Shown: positions 47,334 through 57,069 of the stretch, in pieces
How the letters are laid out: each line of letters opens with the position of its first letter
Position numbering within the stretch: the first letter of the stretch is position 1
Virus record (IMG/VR): IMGVR_UViG_3300025687_000001
Span: 1-64,000 of that record
DNA: 64,000 bases
Source of the DNA: a virus
Reading direction: 5' to 3' (one strand)
Notes under the pieces: generated by a model
What the model was told of the DNA's origin: nothing
Database searches by the model: none
What the model saw: only the letters and a program-made list of their open reading frames with translations
Program-made: the position numbers and the translations under genes

Positions 47334-49199
47334 GTGGCCGAGAAGCGCCTCGAGGAGTTCTTCCCTTTGGCGGGGGTTCAGCCATACCCCCACCAGAGGG
47401 AAGTCTTCTCTTTAATTGAGAAAGCTCGTAGGGACAAACCTGCCGCTAAGTTCGTAATCCTCCGCGCGCCCACTGGTACAGGCAAAAGCGCCATTACTAT
47501 GACGCTCGCTCAAGCCGCAGGCACTGCGCATGTTTTAGCGTCGCACCGCTTCCTCCAGCAGCAATACGTAGACGACTACTCTCACTTGAACCTGGGGAAC
47601 CTCTGGGGGAAGAGAAACTACGTTTGCATGGCCAGCGCTACACTTATAGACGCTCCAGGGTCTAGCACCCCCTATACCTGTGGAGACTGTCTCGCGTACC
47701 GGAACGACCGAAGGGTAGACCTTGCACTCAGCCCCAGTAACTTCATCGCAAAGCACTGCTCCGTGCATAATGGCGACGGCATGAATTGCCCGTACCAGCG
47801 TGCAAAGACGGAGACACAGGCGGCTGATATAGCGCTAACGAACTTCAACAGTTTCTTCGCTCACTACAACTACAGCGGCCTCTTGAAACCTCGTCAGGCA
47901 CTCATCATCGACGAGGCGCACCTCCTGCCCGGCAGGCTGGTGGACATCTTGTCGGTAGGGGTGCAGTACCTGTCCCGCAGCAAGCACAAGGAAGTCTACC
48001 CGCTGCCGCGACCCACCGACCGCATGGAACAATGCGCGGCCTGGTTGGAAGCCAAGGTCCTCCCGTTCTTGATGAAAACCGTGTCCCGCGTGGGACCGAT
48101 CATTGTGCGGTGGAACTCAACAGCCTCTCAGTGGGAAATGCCGGACGGGTCTTGCGCCGCGGACTACATCGATGGTCTCCGGGGGGCGGTTCAACGAATC
48201 ATGGCTGACCTGTTAAAAGCGTCTCCCACCTTAGCGGGGGCCCAGGGCGGGCTGCTGAGCTCTGCTCACGCCGAAGAACGGCAGTTTCGGGCCTGCAAGC
48301 TACTGCTCACAGTACTAAGGCTAATCCCGTCGCTCAAGGCTCACCCGGACAGTTGGTGCGTGGACGTAGAGCACAACCCGGACAGAGTCGTCTTTCGGCC
48401 TATCAAACCGGGCCGCCTAGCTCACGCAACGCTATTTAGCGCAGGCAGCGAAGTAGTGCTCTTGTCGGCTACCCTGGATAAAGGACCTTTCCTAGAAGAC
48501 CTGGGTATAAGGGAAGACGAGATCCGTGCGTTCATCGACGTGCCATCTCTGTTTCCTGTGAAGTGCCGGCCAATCATCTACTGCGCTGCTGGTAACATGC
48601 GCAAAGCAGACGCTGAGGCCACTCTGCCGAAGATGGCGGAGAAGATTGCAGAGATCCTCACCGTAAACCACTCAACCCACAAGGGCATCATCCACACGCA
48701 CACGTTCAAAAACGGTGAGATGCTGCGGGCGCTGCTTCCTCCAGAGGTGGCTAATCGGATCATTTGGCACCAGCCAGGCGGACCCAACGTAGAACGCCTC
48801 ATCGAGGACTTTTACGACAGTGACCAAATGTGGCTTGCTAGCCCTTCGTGCACTGAGGGCCTAGACGGACGTGGGCCGAGGGTGCGGGCCCAGATACTGA
48901 TGAAAGCTCCGTACCCCAACTTGGGAGGGAGTGCGCGCATCAAAAAGCGCATGAAGCTACCTGACGGAAATCTCTGGTACGCCATGCAAGCCGCTAACAC
49001 GCTGATCCAGGCGTACGGGCGGGGCTGTCGGTACCAGAAGGACTACTGCGTAACCTACGTACTGGACTCCGGGATCACGGGTCTAGTCGGTAAAGCTCGA
49101 AACAACCTCCCAACCTGGTTCCTCCAGGCATGGGATATGCGCTACCCGCAAAGGTGGCAGCAAAACAGACCAGGTGTATGGACGATACGAAAAGCCTGA
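47334..49199 (+). CDS. DinG/XPD-family helicase
   Basis: YPHQ, APTGTGKS, Fe-S-type Cys, DEAH, SATL, EGLD, QAYGRGCR. Confidence 0.9.
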   Translation: MAEKRLEEFFPLAGVQPYPHQREVFSLIEKARRDKPAAKFVILRAPTGTGKSAITMTLAQAAGTAHVLASHRFLQQQYVDDYSHLNLGNLWGKRNYVCMASATLIDAPGSSTPYTCGDCLAYRNDRRVDLALSPSNFIAKHCSVHNGDGMNCPYQRAKTETQAADIALTNFNSFFAHYNYSGLLKPRQALIIDEAHLLPGRLVDILSVGVQYLSRSKHKEVYPLPRPTDRMEQCAAWLEAKVLPFLMKTVSRVGPIIVRWNSTASQWEMPDGSCAADYIDGLRGAVQRIMADLLKASPTLAGAQGGLLSSAHAEERQFRACKLLLTVLRLIPSLKAHPDSWCVDVEHNPDRVVFRPIKPGRLAHATLFSAGSEVVLLSATLDKGPFLEDLGIREDEIRAFIDVPSLFPVKCRPIIYCAAGNMRKADAEATLPKMAEKIAEILTVNHSTHKGIIHTHTFKNGEMLRALLPPEVANRIIWHQPGGPNVERLIEDFYDSDQMWLASPSCTEGLDGRGPRVRAQILMKAPYPNLGGSARIKKRMKLPDGNLWYAMQAANTLIQAYGRGCRYQKDYCVTYVLDSGITGLVGKARNNLPTWFLQAWDMRYPQRWQQNRPGVWTIRKA

Positions 49200-49462
49200 G
49201 AGACTACGGTCTCCCGGATGTAGAACCCACGGGGACCCCCGAGTGGGAGCCTCTGGAAGGAGACGACGCACCGCCGTGCCCTAACTGCGGTGCCCGGCTT
49301 TGCAAGGTGAAGGTCGCAGTCAAGCTGGCGCTACTACGTGGCGGAGCAGGGACGGCCCACTACTTGGGGTGCCCTGCGTGTCCCTGGGCCAGCCCCAGCA
49401 CTGCTGTCTCGGACAGAGCTAGCCCTACAAGCGGACCCCAGCCTCCAACAACTGAGAGTTAA
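49178..49462 (+). CDS. Small Zn-ribbon protein
   Basis: CPNC...GCPAC; likely ATG 49178. Confidence 0.55.
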   Translation: MDDTKSLRDYGLPDVEPTGTPEWEPLEGDDAPPCPNCGARLCKVKVAVKLALLRGGAGTAHYLGCPACPWASPSTAVSDRASPTSGPQPPTTES

Positions 49463-50102
49463 GCAAACTACGCATCGTACTGACGTAGTTGCCTACCTCC
49501 ATAAGAACCCTGGCGTGCACGCACGCGGCGTCATCCTCGTCGTACGGGCACTCCTTGTGAGTGCCTAGGAGCTCCAGGGTTCTTTTCTTTAGTTCCTCTT
49601 CTCGGCCCACCTTCGGGACCATGGTGTCCAGCGCATCCTGTGCAAACGCCAGCTCAGGAGGAACAATCACCAGACCGCTTGTAGCACAAAGAGCAGCGGC
49701 GTAAACAGCGGGCTCATCCCCGTAAAACTGCGGCCCACTCCACTCTTCGTAATGCTGGGCCATGAGGCGCATCTCCACTACCGTCCAGCAGAGCTCACCA
49801 ACCTCTGTGCCCGTGATGGACTCTGGCTGCGCAACCCGCCCATTGAGCGTCTCAGAGAGGTTCTCCAGCACGCGAGCGTCCCACAGGTAGGCAGGGTTAG
49901 CCCTGACCGCTGTGACCGCTAGGAGGCGGTCCAAGGCGGCCTCGTCGGGGGGCAGGCAGCCCTGGTCCTCCAAGAAGACCAAGAGGCTATCTGTCTCCCA
50001 CGCAGCATGCGCCCCGCCCGTAAGCTCGTCACAGGCAAGGCTCTGCACTAGGGCCAGTGTGTCGCCCGAAGAGAGGAGGGATTTGGCTTTTTCTAGGAGC
50101 AC
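49425..50102 (-). CDS. Hypothetical protein
   Basis: 225-aa ORF coupled to the upstream gene. Confidence 0.65.
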   Translation of the reverse strand: MLLEKAKSLLSSGDTLALVQSLACDELTGGAHAAWETDSLLVFLEDQGCLPPDEAALDRLLAVTAVRANPAYLWDARVLENLSETLNGRVAQPESITGTEVGELCWTVVEMRLMAQHYEEWSGPQFYGDEPAVYAAALCATSGLVIVPPELAFAQDALDTMVPKVGREEELKKRTLELLGTHKECPYDEDDAACVHARVLMEVGNYVSTMRSLLNSQLLEAGVRL

Positions 50103-50758
50103 TAGTACCCCATGCGATCCGAGGCGCTAGCAAGACCACCCCACTGCCGTTGTGGGTTCGTAGCCGACTCATGAGCGCGTCGAGCTCTAGCTTGCTCTTG
50201 AGCGAAGTTAAAATCTTGGTTGATCGCCGCGCGCCGGTTAGCCGCTTCCATAGCGCGCTCGTTCGCAGCTAATTCCGACTGCGACAAGTTTCTACTGCGG
50301 TGCTTCGGGGGATTTCCAAAATTGTGCTTCCAAGCGTCCACAGCGTCAGATGCGTCAAAGTTCAGCTGTTGATCAAACGGTAAAACTTGGGCAGCTCTAG
50401 ACTCCAGGCCTGCTTGGGAGTAAGCATTCCGACCTGCAGAAAATGCTCTATTGTGCTGTCTTTGCAGATCCTGCAGGCGGTGTAGGTCACTGGCCGAACT
50501 GGTTGCAGGGTTAAAGTTGTTCAGAGCATCCCGGAAATCCATATCAACCTGGTTGTAGTGGTTCAAGGCGTCCCTGCGAGCTGCTCCGCCAGTTCGCTTG
50601 TGCCAGGCCTTCTGAACCCCACCCCACGCGTCACCTAGCGCATCAGCGCCTCGTCGGAAGATGTTAGCAGTCTTCTCCGTGCCGTCCAGCATCCCGAAGT
50701 CTTCTAGCGCCTGCTGGCACCCAAGATCATAGGCCTCTTTGAAAAAGTGTTGGCTCAC
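50102..50758 (-). CDS. AYxxG-leader/K-x-A protein (candidate internal head protein)
   Basis: FKEAYDLGCQQALEDFG...EKTAN. Confidence 0.65.
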   Translation of the reverse strand: MSQHFFKEAYDLGCQQALEDFGMLDGTEKTANIFRRGADALGDAWGGVQKAWHKRTGGAARRDALNHYNQVDMDFRDALNNFNPATSSASDLHRLQDLQRQHNRAFSAGRNAYSQAGLESRAAQVLPFDQQLNFDASDAVDAWKHNFGNPPKHRSRNLSQSELAANERAMEAANRRAAINQDFNFAQEQARARRAHESATNPQRQWGGLASASDRMGY

Positions 50759-50759
50759 T

Positions 50760-51731
50760 TTATCTCCCCAACTGCTTCAGCAGCAGCGCATGCATGTCCC
50801 GAGGCAAAGTCGGGAAAATCTCTTTGACCTTGCTGGGGTCCACTACCCCACCCTCAGCGATCTCTTCAACGACCTCAGGGCCGAGAACGTCCGAGTAGAA
50901 CTCAGGGCCCTTCTTCACCAGCTCCGCCAGCGCTACGGGGGTGCCGCCCAGGTCCACCATCTCAGTCATGGCTTCCTTGGTGTTGAACACGGTCTTCAGC
51001 GGATCCGGGAGAGACTTACCGTAAAGGCGAGCTAGGCCGTGCTGCTTGTCGAGCTCGGACACAGCCTCCGCCACCTTCGTAAGTTCGGCCCGTTCTGTGG
51101 TAAAAGGAAGGGACCGCACCAATTGAGCTACGCGCGTATAAGCTCCGGCCCCAGCAGGTGCTGCAGCCCCTCGAGCGTCAATCCACTCAGCCGCCTTGTC
51201 GCGGTCACAGGGAACGATACCCGCCCACTGGTAAACCTCGGTGGGAAGCTCCTCGTCTCGGGCTGCCGCGTGCTTAACGAGAACAGAAGCCGCAGTAGCC
51301 AGGCTCGTAGGAGACAGCTTGCGCTGGTTGCGCGAAATGGCCTCGTGCGCCAACTTAAGGCTGGTTCCACTGTAGATAGGGAACTGGCGTGTGTGCGGTA
51401 GCAGGTAGTCCGGAGTTTCGGCGGCTGCAGCCACCTTCTCAAACTCCTTCTTAGGCAGCGTTGCGCCGTAAACCGTGAGTGCTGCCTGAATGCGGCCCGT
51501 GACTTCGGGCGCTACACTCGCCGTCTTCTCTGCATACGCGGAAGATAGCAGTGCGTGCTCCTTGGTGTGCACTGGAAATTCTCGGTTAACCGGGTCTGCA
51601 AAAGCAGACGAAGGTAGGTTGTCCCGAACCTCCCGCCCCACTTCAGCAGTTTTCACGAGCGGACTCAGGGTAGGCCGCTCAGCGATGATTTCGCGTAGAA
51701 CAGCAAAAGTGGTGTCGGTGTTCTGATCCAT
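50760..51731 (-). CDS. K-x-A head protein
   Basis: LPSSAFADPVNREFPVH motif with a degenerate second copy; VKTAE, EKTAS, EKVAA, LKLAH, VKHAA. Confidence 0.7.
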   Translation of the reverse strand: MDQNTDTTFAVLREIIAERPTLSPLVKTAEVGREVRDNLPSSAFADPVNREFPVHTKEHALLSSAYAEKTASVAPEVTGRIQAALTVYGATLPKKEFEKVAAAAETPDYLLPHTRQFPIYSGTSLKLAHEAISRNQRKLSPTSLATAASVLVKHAAARDEELPTEVYQWAGIVPCDRDKAAEWIDARGAAAPAGAGAYTRVAQLVRSLPFTTERAELTKVAEAVSELDKQHGLARLYGKSLPDPLKTVFNTKEAMTEMVDLGGTPVALAELVKKGPEFYSDVLGPEVVEEIAEGGVVDPSKVKEIFPTLPRDMHALLLKQLGR

Positions 51732-51770
51732 GTACCTTCTCCGAGAGCTGGTCAAATTCTAGACAAAAAA

Positions 51771-53195
51771 ATGCAGAAGAAAAAGCATACAGCGTCCCTC
51801 GAGGCGCTACTAACCTATCTGCTTTCCGCCCACGGCGGGAGCAAGACCTCACCGTTCTTCCCGCACGTCCTGCGTGCGTTGGTGAAGAGGCCCGTGCCGA
51901 ACATGGGCACCTTCGGAGTCAGCATCACCCCGGAAGGCAAGCTCCTTCTGATGTACGACCCGAAGATCCTGGAGCGGCTGTCGGTACGCCACGCCATCCT
52001 CGTACTCATCCACGAGGTGTACCACATCGTTCTCCACCACATTCCTCGCGGGCTGCGCCTGCTGGACCAGGTGGCGTCCTCCACCGAACTGGAGAAACGC
52101 AAGTTCTTCGCCATCTCCAACATTGCTGCCGACTACGCGGTCAACTCGCTCATGGTGCAGTGCGGGGAGTGCATCCCCAGTGACTTCAAGCTCATGGGAG
52201 AGAAGGACCCAAAGACGGGCAAGTACGACTTCGCGGGGTGCTACCCCACGGACTCGCAGCTTCCAGAGCGCAAGACCTACGAGTGGTACTTCAACGCGCT
52301 CATGTCCGACCTGGACAACTTCGTCCAGCAGCTTGTGGCCTTCATGAAGGCCGCAGGCACATTGGGCGAGGGTGAAGGCCCGAAGGGGAAGTTCCCCACC
52401 GACGAGGAGATCGTCGAAGCGCTGGAGCGCTACCGAGAGATGCACGCTCCGACCAACAACGACGACGAGCTCAAGCGTCAGTCAGACCAGATGAACCCGG
52501 ACCAGCGCCAGGCCGCAGCGGGCAAGGCTGAGCGGGAATCTCGCCAGGCCGTCCGGAAGGCCAAGGAGGAGACGCAGAAGTCTCGCGGGTCCCTTCCTGC
52601 AGGGTTGGAGGAGTACATCTCCAACATGCTGGAAGAGGCAGAGATCCCGTGGCAGCAGTTCTTCAAGACCTGGCTGCAGAACACCCTGCGCCACCGCCGT
52701 AAGCGGTCCATGTGCAAGCCGCGTAGAAGGCTTCTCGACATGGAGGACATCTGCGAGTTCCCCGGCCGAATGCGCGAGAAGATCTACACGATCATCTTCG
52801 CCATCGACACCTCCGGGTCCATGTCCAACTCGGACATCGCAGACGCGCTGTCGGAGTTGCGGGGAATGCAGGCAGCTGCCCCTGGCATTCAAATCACGGT
52901 CATCGAGTGCGACGCCCAGATCGGCCGGGAGTACACGATCGACGAGTTCACCGAGCCCCAGCGCAACGTCACCGGGCGCGGCGGGACGCGCTTCGAGCCC
53001 GTGTTCGAACGGGCAGCGCAGCTCAAGGCTGATGCGCTGATCTACGCCACGGACGGCTATGGGTCCCTGCCCTCCATCGAGCTCATGCGCGTTCGCCCGC
53101 TCTGCTGGCTGGTGACGCACAACGGCGTTGCTCCCTGGGAGGCTGGCTACGGCTCCGGCGCTCAGTACGGCCACGTAATCAGGCTGAAGCGCTAA
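51771..53195 (+). CDS. HExxH metallopeptidase-like + VWA domain protein (MoxR partner)
   Basis: LIHEVYHIVLHH, NIAADYAVN, AIDTSGSMS, GRGGTRF, YATDG. Confidence 0.9.
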   Translation: MQKKKHTASLEALLTYLLSAHGGSKTSPFFPHVLRALVKRPVPNMGTFGVSITPEGKLLLMYDPKILERLSVRHAILVLIHEVYHIVLHHIPRGLRLLDQVASSTELEKRKFFAISNIAADYAVNSLMVQCGECIPSDFKLMGEKDPKTGKYDFAGCYPTDSQLPERKTYEWYFNALMSDLDNFVQQLVAFMKAAGTLGEGEGPKGKFPTDEEIVEALERYREMHAPTNNDDELKRQSDQMNPDQRQAAAGKAERESRQAVRKAKEETQKSRGSLPAGLEEYISNMLEEAEIPWQQFFKTWLQNTLRHRRKRSMCKPRRRLLDMEDICEFPGRMREKIYTIIFAIDTSGSMSNSDIADALSELRGMQAAAPGIQITVIECDAQIGREYTIDEFTEPQRNVTGRGGTRFEPVFERAAQLKADALIYATDGYGSLPSIELMRVRPLCWLVTHNGVAPWEAGYGSGAQYGHVIRLKR

Positions 53196-53197
53196 AC

Positions 53198-53878
53198 ATG
53201 GCTTTACCGGAGAACGGGATCCTGCACATCAAGGTCTATAAGGCCGCGACGCGCGGGATCCCGTTCGACCAGTTCTATTTAGTGCCGAAGACCGAGCGGG
53301 AACTTTTTAAGCGTGTGTTCCCCGCTTATGTCCGCACACAGTTCAACGATACTTTGTGGTCGCGCATTTTAGGCGTGGAAGTTAGCTCCGTGGCTAAAAC
53401 AGACACCACGGGCTACCACCGCAAGGAAACTCTGGACCCGCTGGCAACGCTGTCTGCACTTTGGCAGACCGAGCAGTGGCCTGAGGTGCATAGTCACTTC
53501 GACGTCGCAGTGCCCGTGGTCCTGCAGCACCCCAAAACCGTCCCCGATGAGCGCAACAACCCAATGAACGGCTCCGCGCGGCTGGGCTACTTAGTAGCCC
53601 GAGGGTGGCATCGGTCTAGAGCGGCTTCCCAGAGCCCGAAACTCGTCAACCGGCTTGACGCCGCCAACACGGTCTTCGTGGCTTACGGAGAAGAAGTGCG
53701 TCCGCTTTGTTTAGCGTGTCCTCGGCTACATGACGTACTGGACGGGCGTTGCTCGCTAGGAGATGACTACTGTCTCCGCACAATAGGCCTTGTGGGTAAG
53801 CCCACCTACCTCGCACGCTTGAAGGTCTACAAGGAAAGCGAAGATTTGGCGGAAGTTGCTTCCGCCTTCCCTGAATGA
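53198..53878 (+). CDS. Hypothetical protein translationally coupled to the RT
   Basis: 226 aa; CLAC...C...C; ATGA overlap with the RT start. Confidence 0.7.
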   Translation: MALPENGILHIKVYKAATRGIPFDQFYLVPKTERELFKRVFPAYVRTQFNDTLWSRILGVEVSSVAKTDTTGYHRKETLDPLATLSALWQTEQWPEVHSHFDVAVPVVLQHPKTVPDERNNPMNGSARLGYLVARGWHRSRAASQSPKLVNRLDAANTVFVAYGEEVRPLCLACPRLHDVLDGRCSLGDDYCLRTIGLVGKPTYLARLKVYKESEDLAEVASAFPE

Positions 53879-55008
53879 CAGCGTACAACCACACGCAGCT
53901 AGCCGTCCTAACCATCCCCACCGTACAACACAGCCTGCCTCCAGTAATGGATGACGTTTCCCTGGCGTACAGCCTCGGCATTCGTCCCAAGACTCTCTGG
54001 TGGGCTGTGTTCGGTGGGCGGGAGCTAGCTGGAACAGCTAAATCGACTTACACAAAGGGCGCCATCCTCAAGCGAGGGAAGGCGGGCTCACGTGGCGCAC
54101 TTCGCGCCATCCACGTCCCTGACTGGCGCGTCAAGAACATTCAGAAAGTCCTCTCTGCTGCCTTCGTGAAACCCATCCCTGTGGGAGACCACGTACGCGC
54201 GTACGAGCCGGGGGTAAAACCCCTGGACACCGCTGAAGCGATAGCAGGCAGCAAGATCCTGTGGTCCTTCGACCTAAAAAACTTCTTCGGGTCGATCCGA
54301 CTACCCTGGATCCGTGAGTACTACGAGAGTCTGGGGTACCCCAGGCAGGTGGCAAACCTCATTGGGCAGCTGTGCTGCGTCACTGACGTACACCCCTCTG
54401 GCAAAGGCAAAGTCAGGTTTTTGCCGCAGGGGACCGTCGTGAGCCCTGCACTAGCTAACCGAATCGCCGACCATCGCTTAGACCAGAGAATACTGACGTT
54501 GGCGCAGGCCAACGGCTGGTCTTACTACCGGTACTCGGACAACGTTTACATGGGGCACCCAGACCGTCTCAGCCGAGAAGAGGTAGACGCTTTCAAGGGA
54601 CAGGTATTTACCGCGGTGGGGCAGTCTGGTTGGCGCCACCACAAATCCCGAGTAGCCCTGTACTGGAACAGACAATCAGTGCTCGGCGCTGTCGTGAACG
54701 AAAAGCCAAACATGCCTTCTGACGAATACAAAGCACTGCGGGCTGCGGTCTACAACTGTCGCGTACATGGATTCTCGTCCCAAGTAGCCAAAGCTAGGCA
54801 GCGCTTCAAATCTTCGATTACCACTGATGAGCAACTCATCTCCCACTTGCGAGGACGGTTGGCCTACCTAAAGGCTCTCCTGTCCGAGGACAAGTACAAC
54901 AAATTGCACGATGATTTCTCCGCAGCCCTTGAGGCGCACCGGATTACGGTGCAGCGCAAGTGGCTGGAAGAAGACCTACAAGACGCACGCGATGCTGCCG
55001 GAACTTAA
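53875..55008 (+). CDS. Retron-type reverse transcriptase with YSDN active-site variant
   Basis: R.I..P...K.IQ, FDLKNFFGSI, LPQG...SPALAN, YYRYSDN, RQSVLGAVVN (region Y-like), LRAAVYNC...HLRGRLAY. Confidence 0.88.
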   Translation: MTAYNHTQLAVLTIPTVQHSLPPVMDDVSLAYSLGIRPKTLWWAVFGGRELAGTAKSTYTKGAILKRGKAGSRGALRAIHVPDWRVKNIQKVLSAAFVKPIPVGDHVRAYEPGVKPLDTAEAIAGSKILWSFDLKNFFGSIRLPWIREYYESLGYPRQVANLIGQLCCVTDVHPSGKGKVRFLPQGTVVSPALANRIADHRLDQRILTLAQANGWSYYRYSDNVYMGHPDRLSREEVDAFKGQVFTAVGQSGWRHHKSRVALYWNRQSVLGAVVNEKPNMPSDEYKALRAAVYNCRVHGFSSQVAKARQRFKSSITTDEQLISHLRGRLAYLKALLSEDKYNKLHDDFSAALEAHRITVQRKWLEEDLQDARDAAGT

Positions 55009-56641
55009 GGTTTACAACCTGACGCAGGGGTACGGGGGCAGCGACGCCCCCGCGGCTGCCTACCGCGTAGAAGCCGAGCACCTGGACACGCTGCTTGGCT
55101 TGCTGCGGGATGCGCACCCACAAGGTTTGTTGGTGGCGTGCGTCCCTGACCCGGACGGGTATGTGCTGGTCAGCTCCCTTGGGCGGTTACCACTACTTTC
55201 CGTGGTCGACCTGGAAGCCGAGCTAAGCGCCGCCAGGGAACACGTAGACCTTCGAGCTTACTTTCAAGGTCGCGAACTAGCACCTGGGACCGGGGAGCTG
55301 ACGACCCTGATTCAGGCCTGTAAGGTCCCCGCTAGGTTGCTGGGGGAGGGGTGCTACACCGTGTGCCCCAAAGCTCCTCCGCACTGTTTGTCCTACCTCA
55401 GCGGCCAAGACCGTCTCCCGCAGACGCCTATACCGTACCAGACGCAAGTAGCGAGCCGTTCCCATGCTCGAGGGCGAGGCGACCACCGAAACCGGTTCCG
55501 CAGTAGACCCTACTACTCAGAGCAGCGTAGTACTCAGTACTTCCCGCTGCTACAGTGGGTGAGCGGAGTAGAGCCCCCGGTCCATAACATCAACACCGAC
55601 TTTGTGCGCTTTTTACACTCCAAGCTAAGTGAGGACCTGGACGCCTTGCTGCGGACGAAGTTCTGTGTGAAGACGCCCGAAGTAGCTAGACCGTGGCAAG
55701 TTTCGTCCCGCGCTTACTTCCCAGAAGCCGGTCTTAATGATTACGGCGGTTTCCGTGGTATCAACCTATCCACTAACCTAGCTGCCGAAGTTCAGAAGCT
55801 TCGGTCAGAGCGCGGCCAAAAGGCTGCCGCTGGGCGCAAGATGGTTGCCGATGAGTGTTCCCGATGCGTCTTTGCAGACGGTCATTGTTCCCAGAGGCCC
55901 AAGTACCGCTGCGCCGGCCACGTAAGCCCCGAATATTTTGCTGCGACTGTGAAGTCAGCCGTAGAGGAATACTACGGGGGCATACCGGACCCTAATGCCG
56001 ACTGGGTACAGAAGCACTTCAAGCTACAGGAGACCTCAGGTGCCTGGCGCCCTCCGAACAGTAAAGGAAGGCCTGCTGGCGTCTCGGTGTTCGGCGTGTT
56101 TCCTACTGCAGACGCGGCGCTGGGACTCCGCGCGTCCCACCCCTTAATCAACCACCGCGCAGTCAGAGCGGGGGACTGGCGTCCTCCTGACGGAGCTCCT
56201 CCTGGTACCCTGTACGCACGGCTACTGTGGAAGTCTTGGAGACGAGGCTCGCGCGAGGGGCGGCCCGTGTTCGCCGCTCCGCTAGTAACTCCCGCGGGCA
56301 ACTTCTTAGCGGACACTCCGTACATGATTTCCGGCCCAGGCGCTAACCTCCTAGACTACGCACTGAACCGGCCTGACTCGGTAGTCCAAGACCAGATCGC
56401 ACTTCTAGACACAGAGGAGAAGTGGCTCTCTTACTGGGCCGTACTTCTTGTGGCGTGCTTTGGTAGGAGTGGGTGGTACAACTACAAGTCCTTGTTCTCC
56501 AGCAGGGTGCAGGCGGGCAACTACAGCAACTGCCCGAGCATCGGCTCCCGCTGGTATCGCACACAAGCTACGTACCTAGCACTGATGTCTTGGCCTCTAG
56601 ACTTGTACCCCTCCATGCTAATGCCCCGAGACAACTCGTGA
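54992..56641 (+). CDS. Hypothetical protein with Cys cluster, overlapping the RT 3' end
   Basis: Likely ATG 54992; CSRC...HC...RC. Confidence 0.65.
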   Translation: MLPELKVYNLTQGYGGSDAPAAAYRVEAEHLDTLLGLLRDAHPQGLLVACVPDPDGYVLVSSLGRLPLLSVVDLEAELSAAREHVDLRAYFQGRELAPGTGELTTLIQACKVPARLLGEGCYTVCPKAPPHCLSYLSGQDRLPQTPIPYQTQVASRSHARGRGDHRNRFRSRPYYSEQRSTQYFPLLQWVSGVEPPVHNINTDFVRFLHSKLSEDLDALLRTKFCVKTPEVARPWQVSSRAYFPEAGLNDYGGFRGINLSTNLAAEVQKLRSERGQKAAAGRKMVADECSRCVFADGHCSQRPKYRCAGHVSPEYFAATVKSAVEEYYGGIPDPNADWVQKHFKLQETSGAWRPPNSKGRPAGVSVFGVFPTADAALGLRASHPLINHRAVRAGDWRPPDGAPPGTLYARLLWKSWRRGSREGRPVFAAPLVTPAGNFLADTPYMISGPGANLLDYALNRPDSVVQDQIALLDTEEKWLSYWAVLLVACFGRSGWYNYKSLFSSRVQAGNYSNCPSIGSRWYRTQATYLALMSWPLDLYPSMLMPRDNS

Positions 56642-57069
56642 ACATTACTGGCGCCGACCTGAAGAAGCTCATACCTGATGAGCTGCGCGCACAGGTCGAC
56701 AAAATCTCGTTCCCTTCACAGTCCGGGGGGACCGAACCTTACGCAGTGGTCACGTTGGACACGGAGTTCGGGCAGCTAGACGTAGTGGTCTATCGCAAGG
56801 AGATGGCTAGGTTCATGGGGCGAAACTCCGCCCCGACCGCCCGAGGAGACTCGGCGTCCCCGGGCAGTACCCTAGACACAACCACCGCGCAGACCAAGGA
56901 CTACTATGTGGGCAAGACTCGCAAGACTAGCGCGGGCCTCACTGAGACCTTAGTAGGGTTCACGGCGGGGTCTTCCCAGAAGGAGAAGCCTGCCAATGTT
57001 GGCCGAAGAGTCCGCCATCCCGAGACGGACCGCCTAGTCTGGCCTATCTGGAAACTGGGGAATGGCTGA
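56638..57069 (+). CDS. Hypothetical protein
   Basis: GTGA overlap start at 56638. Confidence 0.6.
   Translation: MNITGADLKKLIPDELRAQVDKISFPSQSGGTEPYAVVTLDTEFGQLDVVVYRKEMARFMGRNSAPTARGDSASPGSTLDTTTAQTKDYYVGKTRKTSAGLTETLVGFTAGSSQKEKPANVGRRVRHPETDRLVWPIWKLGNG

Noticed and set aside
53875-55008. RT as part of a DGR or group II intron
   Set aside because: I saw no TR/VR pair with adenine-specific mismatches, no maturase/endonuclease domain and no domain V hairpin; the C-terminal motifs are retron-like
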